A DNA stretch of 64,000 nucleotides from NCBI GenBank assembly GCA_045592905.1, contig JAZNVR010000020.1, positions 3,471 through 67,470 on the forward strand, in the 5' to 3' direction. Origin of the DNA: Candidatus Enterousia sp. (GTDB lineage: Bacteria > Pseudomonadota > Alphaproteobacteria > Rs-D84). The notes under the pieces were generated by a model. That model had not been told where the DNA came from. It made no database searches and saw only the letters and a program-made list of their open reading frames with translations. Positions 57,672 to 64,000 of this stretch are shown here, one piece after another (positions within the stretch are counted from its first letter, which is position 1; each line of letters begins with the position of its first letter). The position numbers were made by a program, and so were the translations under genes.

Positions 57672-59864
57672 TTACATAAAATTAATTGGATTTACGTCAA
57701 TTTTAACACGAATGTTCGCAGGTTGCTTTACAGATGATAACCATTGCGTAACAATCGGCTGTAAATTCGCATTACGACCACCCGCAACCAAAAATCGCAT
57801 GCGATACCATAGTCGTACCTGATATATCTGGGCCGGAATCGGCCCCATTATTTTACCCCCAGATAAACATGGTGCCACATCACGCAACGCAGAACAATAC
57901 TGATGTAATACCGATTCACGCTGGCCTTCTATGATAATGGCAATTAACTGACCATATGGGGGCATGTTCGCAATACGACGACCAGACATGTCCATCTGCA
58001 TAAATCTGTCACGATCACATGCACAAATTGATGTTAATACCGGATGTTCCGGCTGATACGTCTGTAATAATACACGACCCGCATGTTCACCACGACCCGC
58101 ACGACCCGCAACCTGGAATAATTGCTGAAATGTATGTTCCGCAGAACGAAAATCTGTTCCAAATAAACCCATATCACTGTCAACAACACCAACCAAGGTT
58201 AAATTCGGAAAATGATGACCCTTGGCCAGAATTTGTGTGCCAATAACAATGTCTGTTTCACCACATTCCAACCCATGAACCAAACGTTCCAACGATTGAC
58301 GTGATGTGATAATATCACTGGATACCAGTGCAGTACGGGCATTTGGAAAACGAACGTTTACTTCTTGTTCTATCTTTTCCAGACCAACACCACGCATGGA
58401 TATATCACCACCACAGTCTGGACATGTTTTTGGCATCGCCCCAGTACGACCACATATATGACACAACATTTTCCCAATACGCTTGTGATATGTCATGCCA
58501 ACACTGCATTCCGGACAAACAGATGTCCAACCACATTTCTTGCACTGGGTAATCGGGGCAAAACCACGCCTGTTGATAAATAACATAACCTGATGACCCG
58601 CAGATAATGTCTGGGCAATCGCATCACATAATGGTTGTGATAAAAATCCTGGCTGTTCTGTGCCGTCAATTATATATGTGTCTGGACGATGTTCACGTAA
58701 ATCAATTGTGGTTATTTCTGGTAACTGGGCACCACCAAATCTGGATGTCAATTTTAATTGAGTGTATTTGCCCAAATTTACGTTTTCCAGCGTTTCAGCA
58801 GATGGGGTCGCACTGGCCAATACAACAGGTATCCCCGCAATCTTGGCACGTAAAATCGCCATGTCACGTGCATGATAATTCCCCATATCTTCTTGCTTGT
58901 ACGATGTATCGTGTTCTTCGTCAATTACAATCAACCCTAAATTCTGCCATGGTAAAAATAACGCACTGCGTGTGCCAACAACCATCTTGATTTTACCGCT
59001 TAATACGCCATGCCAGATTTCACGACGACGGGCAGATGTTAAATTGCTGTGCCATATAACAGGCGGAGAACCAAATCTGGACTGAAAACGTGACATAAAT
59101 TGGGCAGTTAATGCAATTTCAGGCATCATTAATAATACAGAATAACCCAAACTGTACGCACGCCACGCAGAATCAAAATATACCTGGGTCTTGCCACTGC
59201 CAGTAATGCCGTCAAGTAAGTGTACAGAAAAACCACCAGATAATACAGACTTGCCAATCGTGTCCGCAGCAATTTGCTGCTGTGAATTCAGAACAATGTT
59301 GCCAGAATCATTATACTGATATATATATCGGTCAGAATGCCTTGGACGTGTCGCAGACGGTATCAGAATACCATTCTTTATCATCGTACGAATTACGCCA
59401 GAACTGACATGCGATATATTCTGAATGTCCGATACAGTCATCGCATCGTTATCGTTTGACGCAAATGCATCTTGTACAGATAAACGATTCTGGGTCATGC
59501 GAACATCAGACGCAAAATTAAATTCATACAACTGCTCCATCGGGGGTGGACAAAATGCATCTGGAATGTTAACAATCAAACGTAAAACCATGCCCATCGG
59601 TATCAATGTCCATGATGACATGCGTTGTATCCACTGTAAATCAAATACAGATAACCCAGCAGAATATATTTGCAACACGTTCTTGATTTTGCTTTCTGGC
59701 AATCCACTGTCGCCATAACCCCAAATAACACCAATGCATGGACGATTCATAACGTTTACACGTACAAATGTCCCAATGTCCGCATCGCCAGTCAGCCGAT
59801 AATCATAACCGGCATTCGGAATGTTCGCAACCAAGACCTTGACAATCGTACCCGCATTAAACAT
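57672..59864 (-). CDS. priA: Primosomal protein N'
   Basis: GITGSGKT, PEIALT, VGTRSALF, IDEEHD.SYKQ, NRRGFA with Zn CxxC pairs, QVAGRAGR. Confidence 0.96.
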   Translation of the reverse strand: MFNAGTIVKVLVANIPNAGYDYRLTGDADIGTFVRVNVMNRPCIGVIWGYGDSGLPESKIKNVLQIYSAGLSVFDLQWIQRMSSWTLIPMGMVLRLIVNIPDAFCPPPMEQLYEFNFASDVRMTQNRLSVQDAFASNDNDAMTVSDIQNISHVSSGVIRTMIKNGILIPSATRPRHSDRYIYQYNDSGNIVLNSQQQIAADTIGKSVLSGGFSVHLLDGITGSGKTQVYFDSAWRAYSLGYSVLLMMPEIALTAQFMSRFQSRFGSPPVIWHSNLTSARRREIWHGVLSGKIKMVVGTRSALFLPWQNLGLIVIDEEHDTSYKQEDMGNYHARDMAILRAKIAGIPVVLASATPSAETLENVNLGKYTQLKLTSRFGGAQLPEITTIDLREHRPDTYIIDGTEQPGFLSQPLCDAIAQTLSAGHQVMLFINRRGFAPITQCKKCGWTSVCPECSVGMTYHKRIGKMLCHICGRTGAMPKTCPDCGGDISMRGVGLEKIEQEVNVRFPNARTALVSSDIITSRQSLERLVHGLECGETDIVIGTQILAKGHHFPNLTLVGVVDSDMGLFGTDFRSAEHTFQQLFQVAGRAGRGEHAGRVLLQTYQPEHPVLTSICACDRDRFMQMDMSGRRIANMPPYGQLIAIIIEGQRESVLHQYCSALRDVAPCLSGGKIMGPIPAQIYQVRLWYRMRFLVAGGRNANLQPIVTQWLSSVKQPANIRVKIDVNPINFM

Positions 59865-59998
59865 GTCTATTAAATTAGAATGTTTTTGGCAAAAATTCAA
59901 CACGATTTATCAATCCTGTAATACAACTTTTATTTACAGTTGACAAAGTGCTTTTTTGTGCTATAATATTGTGTGTAATCTAAATCAAGGAATGTATT

Positions 59999-60499
59999 AT
60001 GCCAATAAAACGCAAAACAGCAGCAGATAAAGAATGCGGAATTTTCGCACAACAAATTAACGCTTTTGTCGTACATGAATATGGTTTCTATTATTTAACC
60101 CCTGAACAACACAAGGGTGAATGGCGTTCAAAAATCCCATACAGCCAAAATGTAGAACACGATATTATAAAATTCGCTGCAGAATATATTGAAACAGGTA
60201 TTTCAAATCAACAACTGGCTAAGTTGCAAACGTTCTTGAATAAACTTATCCCGTTGATGGCAGATTATTTGGCAAAATACGTCGCAAAAAGTCCAAATTA
60301 TAAATGTCGTGAACAGGCAACAAGTGCATTAACTGAAATCTTAAAGAAAAAAAGTACGATTTTAACACCACGTGTTCGTGATGCAGAAACAAGAAAAAAA
60401 CGTGACAGAATTAATGCTGCCCAGGCTGCATGCAAACACAGACAAATCCAAGATATGTTCGCACATGCAACGCAATTTACAACAAATTATTCTAAATAA
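59999..60499 (+). CDS. Hypothetical protein (paralog of the next gene)
   Basis: TTGACA-17-TATAAT promoter and AAGGA RBS. Confidence 0.7.
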   Translation: MPIKRKTAADKECGIFAQQINAFVVHEYGFYYLTPEQHKGEWRSKIPYSQNVEHDIIKFAAEYIETGISNQQLAKLQTFLNKLIPLMADYLAKYVAKSPNYKCREQATSALTEILKKKSTILTPRVRDAETRKKRDRINAAQAACKHRQIQDMFAHATQFTTNYSK

Positions 60500-60521
60500 C
60501 ACATAACCAAGAATCTATAAT

Positions 60522-61029
60522 ATGCAAAAAAAATAAACAACGTACCCCAGAAGAACTCTCAGCGTTCAAGTATATACGACAAGAAATTAATAATTTCGTT
60601 ATTGAAGAATATAGATACTACTATCTAAAACCTGGACAACTGAATGCACATTGGTTGGCTGTTATGCCGTACAAACCAGAATTGGTTGAAATTTTATTAC
60701 AAAAAGTTTCTAATATATTAAACCAAAAAATGAACAGCAAAAACCCTGTATTCATGGCTCATGTCATTACTGATATTGCGTATTACCTGTCTCAATACGC
60801 TAATAAAAATCCAGACAGCATAAATCGTAACCAAACAGCCAAGGCATTAAAACAAAAATTGAAAAAAACAAATGCTGTACTGCAAGGTAAACTAAATGTA
60901 ACTGACCTGGAAAAAAAGTGGCAACAAAACAAGCACGACAATTACATAGCCAGGTTAAAGACCTGTTCCGAGAAATGCAAAATGACCATAAATATCACTG
61001 GAGCAAATAAAACAAACCTATATTACTAA
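60522..61029 (+). pseudogene. Paralogous hypothetical gene frameshifted at an A8 tract
   Basis: ATG CAA AAA AAA TAA; A7 gives MQKNKQR...QEINNFVIEEYRYYYLKP..., matching QQINAFVVHEYGFYYLTP of the upstream gene. Confidence 0.7.
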
Positions 61030-61902
61030 ATCAATATCCGCATCATCACCGGTGCGGTTTATTATTATATCTGGGTTAAACTGGGTACGGAACCATGTGC
61101 GTTGCCGCTTTGCATATTGATTGGTTTTGTTTGTCCAATCAGCAATACAATCTGATTCCGATTTTTCACCACGCAAATATGCACACAACTGCATCGCACC
61201 AATTGCACGTGATTCATCCAAGTTATAATCAATTATCTTTTGTGCCTCAACAACCGCACCGCCAGATAACATCTGCGGTATTCGTGCAGCAATTCGTTCA
61301 CGAAGAACATTAACATCTGGACTTATCAAAACACGAAACGCATCTGGTACAACAGCGCCCGAACGTGGTATATTCTGAAATTCAGATAAATGGTGCCCTG
61401 TTTCTAAAAATACCTCTAACGCACGTGCAACACGCTGTGGATCGGTCGCAGTGAAATCAGACGGCAATAATTTTCGTGCCATATTAATATCTTCTGCAAC
61501 CAGACTGCGTGCACGATTGCGGGCATCATCACCAATACTTGGCATCGGTGAAATACCGTTTATCAACGCATTTATATAATACCCTGTCCCGCCAACAAAA
61601 ATCGGCACACGCCCCATGACAATCGCATTATCATATTCACGTTTCGCCATTTGCAGATATTCTGCAACACTAATCTGTTGCGATAATGGCAATACGGAAA
61701 ATAATCTGTATGGCACCCCATCAATTTCATCAGATAATACACATCCTGCAAACGGACTGGCAGATATGTTTTCAATTCCCTGATAAATCTGAACACTGTC
61801 ACAATTTATTATCATGCCACCAATTTTACATGCCAAACGATGGGCAAAACTGGATTTACCTGATGCTGTTGGACCTGTGATAATATAAGCGTTGTGTTTC
61901 AT
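61018..61902 (-). CDS. miaA: tRNA dimethylallyltransferase
   Basis: ITGPTASGKS, NCDSVQIY, VGGTGYY, RV.RALEV, T.QYAKRQRTWF. Confidence 0.96.
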   Translation of the reverse strand: MKHNAYIITGPTASGKSSFAHRLACKIGGMIINCDSVQIYQGIENISASPFAGCVLSDEIDGVPYRLFSVLPLSQQISVAEYLQMAKREYDNAIVMGRVPIFVGGTGYYINALINGISPMPSIGDDARNRARSLVAEDINMARKLLPSDFTATDPQRVARALEVFLETGHHLSEFQNIPRSGAVVPDAFRVLISPDVNVLRERIAARIPQMLSGGAVVEAQKIIDYNLDESRAIGAMQLCAYLRGEKSESDCIADWTNKTNQYAKRQRTWFRTQFNPDIIINRTGDDADIDLVI

Positions 61903-62013
61903 GTCATACGATTATAGTACCAGATTGACAATTGTAAATAAAATATTGTAATTCTAAAATTTATGATGCTATGATACAAGTATGTCTAATTATAAACGAA
62001 AGGAAGTAATAAT

Positions 62014-63012
62014 ATGTCAAAAGTAAGAGTTGCAATTAACGGTTTCGGTCGCATTGGTCGCTTGGTATTGCGTGCAGCACTGGAATCCGGTCGTGATGAT
62101 ATTGAATTTGTTGCAGTAAATGATTTGGCACCTGCCGAACAAAATGCATATCTGTTAAAGTATGATTCTGTACATGGCAATTTGCCAATGGATATAAAAC
62201 TGGATGGCGAATACATTATCGCTGGCAATCACAAGATTAAATGTCTGTCGGAACGCAATCCGGAAAACTTGCCTTGGGGCGAAATGAACATTGATATCGT
62301 TATGGAATGCACAGGCATCTTTACCGCTGCGGACAAGGCACGTGTTCATCTGGATGCGGGTGCAAAACGTGTTTTGGTATCTGCACCATCTGCAGGGGCA
62401 GACAAAACAATCGTATATGGCGTTAACCAAGACACATTAACTGCATCTGACCTGATTGTATCAAACGCATCTTGCACAACAAATTGCTTGGCACCTGTGG
62501 TCAAGGTATTAAATGATAAATACGGTGTCGTTTCTGGTTGGATGACAACTGTACATGCATATACTGGCGATCAACAGTTACTGGATAAAAACCACAAAGA
62601 TTTTCGTCGTGCAAGGGCTGCCAACCTGTCTATGATTCCGACCAGCACCGGTGCCGCCAAGGCGATTGGCCTGGTATTACCAGAATTAGCCGGCAAACTG
62701 GACGGAATGGCAATTCGTGTTCCAACCCCAGATGTATCTGTGGTTGAATTGGTTGTGAATTTGGAAAAATCTGCAACCGTTGAAGAAATCAATAACGCAA
62801 TGCATGCGGCACAGTCAAACACATTTGGCTATAACGACATGCCATTGGTATCAATTGACTTTACACACGATGCACACAGTTCTATTTTTGATGCCGGCCA
62901 GACCAAGGTTTTGGGTGACAAACTGGTACACGTAACGGCATGGTATGACAACGAATGGGGATTCTCTAACCGCATGTGTGATACAGCTGTTGCGATGGGC
63001 AAACTGATATAA
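62014..63012 (+). CDS. gap: Glyceraldehyde-3-phosphate dehydrogenase
   Basis: INGFGRIGR, SNASCTTNCLAP, PTSTGAAKA, WYDNEWGFSNR. Confidence 0.98.
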   Translation: MSKVRVAINGFGRIGRLVLRAALESGRDDIEFVAVNDLAPAEQNAYLLKYDSVHGNLPMDIKLDGEYIIAGNHKIKCLSERNPENLPWGEMNIDIVMECTGIFTAADKARVHLDAGAKRVLVSAPSAGADKTIVYGVNQDTLTASDLIVSNASCTTNCLAPVVKVLNDKYGVVSGWMTTVHAYTGDQQLLDKNHKDFRRARAANLSMIPTSTGAAKAIGLVLPELAGKLDGMAIRVPTPDVSVVELVVNLEKSATVEEINNAMHAAQSNTFGYNDMPLVSIDFTHDAHSSIFDAGQTKVLGDKLVHVTAWYDNEWGFSNRMCDTAVAMGKLI

Positions 63013-63037
63013 AAAATCCCCCGATTGGGGGATTTTT
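63011..63037. terminator. Bidirectional terminator, palindrome-family copy
   Basis: aaaaatcccccgattgggggattttt. Confidence 0.8.
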
Positions 63038-63233
63038 ATTTTCCACAACGCAAATTTATTGGATATTGAAATAAATCTGTCAGCATTATCATTTGATAAA
63101 TGTTTGGTTGTATATTACCACGTATTATTTTGTCATACTCTATTTCCGATGTGATTGCCAAACAGTTACACATAATCCAAATCGGTATATTCTTTTCTAA
63201 TCTAAGGCGTTCTATTTCCTGTCCCAGTGTCAT
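63036..63233 (-). CDS. Small XRE-like HTH protein
   Basis: LGQEIERLRLEKNI....C..L.I.....Y.KI.RG..QP......L..LF; GGGGG RBS. Confidence 0.6.
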   Translation of the reverse strand: MTLGQEIERLRLEKNIPIWIMCNCLAITSEIEYDKIIRGNIQPNIYQMIMLTDLFQYPINLRCGK

Positions 63234-63245
63234 TTTGTACCCCCA

Positions 63246-63450
63246 TAAAAAAAGTAAGACCGCCAATAAATCTGACGGTCGGGGAGTTAGTAAATCACAT
63301 CTATCAATGACTCTGCTGTGTTTCCGGTATGCCGTATTTTATATCACAACAGCTCCCCGACCGCAGTCGGGGGATTTAACGATGCAACTAAACGCACCGG
63401 ATAGATATGGGGTTACTACACCCCGAACCCAAAATCCATTGGACTCGTTT
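63246..63450 (-). ncRNA. Structured leader RNA/attenuator (C4/P4-CI-like architecture)
   Basis: Multiple hairpins; 11-nt complementary segments CGGUCGGGGAG/CUCCCCGACCG overlapping a terminator. Confidence 0.55.
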
Positions 63451-63551
63451 CTTATGCTAACAGGTTTTGCACATTTTTCAAATAATTATTTAACTTGAAA
63501 AAAAGTACTTGCAATTATTTTCCAGACAGTATAATATGTGCATTGCTTTAA

Positions 63552-63628
63552 GGGGTTGTAGCTCAGCTGGTTAGAGCGTCTGCCTGTCACGCAGAAGGTC
63601 GCGGGTTCGAGCCCCGTCAATCCCGCCA
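63552..63628 (+). tRNA. tRNA-Asp(GTC)
   Basis: GGGGTTGTAGCTCAGCTGGTTAGAGCG...CTGTCAC...GGTTCGAGCCC...GCCA, 77 nt. Confidence 0.97.
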
Positions 63629-63684
63629 GCTATTTGCACCGTCATTATGACGGTGTTTTTTCATAAATATTTATTTAATCAAAA

Positions 63685-64000
63685 TTACTTTTTTACACAT
63701 TTTTTTTGATTTTCATCATATTTATAGCCAATCAAACAGAAACCGCATCTATACTGCAGGGTTGTTTCGTGATATAAATCTTTTGGTTGACCTTGCCACT
63801 CATATCCATTCAAACATGTCGCCAGGTCCAGATATAACTTATCTGTATAACCATTCCCATCATATGTATTTGCACATATTATCCCGTCACTAAAGCTAAG
63901 CAAGTCACACTGATACCCTGTTTCTTTTTCTGTCGGGACAGGCAAAGTTGTGATAACGTTTGTGCAATCTGCATCACTGTATGCCGTTGGATTGCCTTGC
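63685..64000 (-). CDS. C-terminal part of a Cys-rich protein (start outside window)
   Basis: Open frame to the window end; ends CGFCLIGYKYDENQKKCVKK. Confidence 0.55.
   Translation of the reverse strand, partial: QGNPTAYSDADCTNVITTLPVPTEKETGYQCDLLSFSDGIICANTYDGNGYTDKLYLDLATCLNGYEWQGQPKDLYHETTLQYRCGFCLIGYKYDENQKKCVKK

Overview
AT-rich bacterial chromosome segment. Its gene set and promoters suggest a reduced host-associated alphaproteobacterium; this is inference only. From left to right: (i) the right end of a defence island (Type III Res, RloA/RloB), closed by a displaced tRNA-Asn 3' fragment at ~3.7 kb, then more accessory genes; (ii) a surface/secretion region with a TbpB-like lipoprotein, a Slam exporter and two Cys-rich repeat proteins flanking a nucleotidyltransferase/HprK-like kinase/PqqD(RRE)/GT2/GT8/SPASM operon; (iii) housekeeping genes (folA, ackA, lemA, xerC, trpS, cyclophilin, dnaB, birA, priA, miaA, gap, tRNA-Lys, tRNA-Asp). 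The most striking feature is a minus-strand podovirus-like (T7/BPP-1-type) virion module at ~40.0-52.7 kb. It has no adjacent integrase or phage replication genes and is interleaved with host genes. Its large terminase is split into two catalytically intact halves by dnaB plus two other genes, and a histone H1-like gene sits between scaffold and capsid. Two remote genes have the same promoter-plus-tandem-terminator leader as the virion operon: an Mtd_N-type tail-fibre gene and a MuF-lysozyme fusion. The MuF-lysozyme N-terminus resembles the scaffold C-terminal tail. My hypothesis is a domesticated GTA-like or cargo-delivering particle regulon under antitermination control. All family calls come from motif recognition by eye; no database searches were run.
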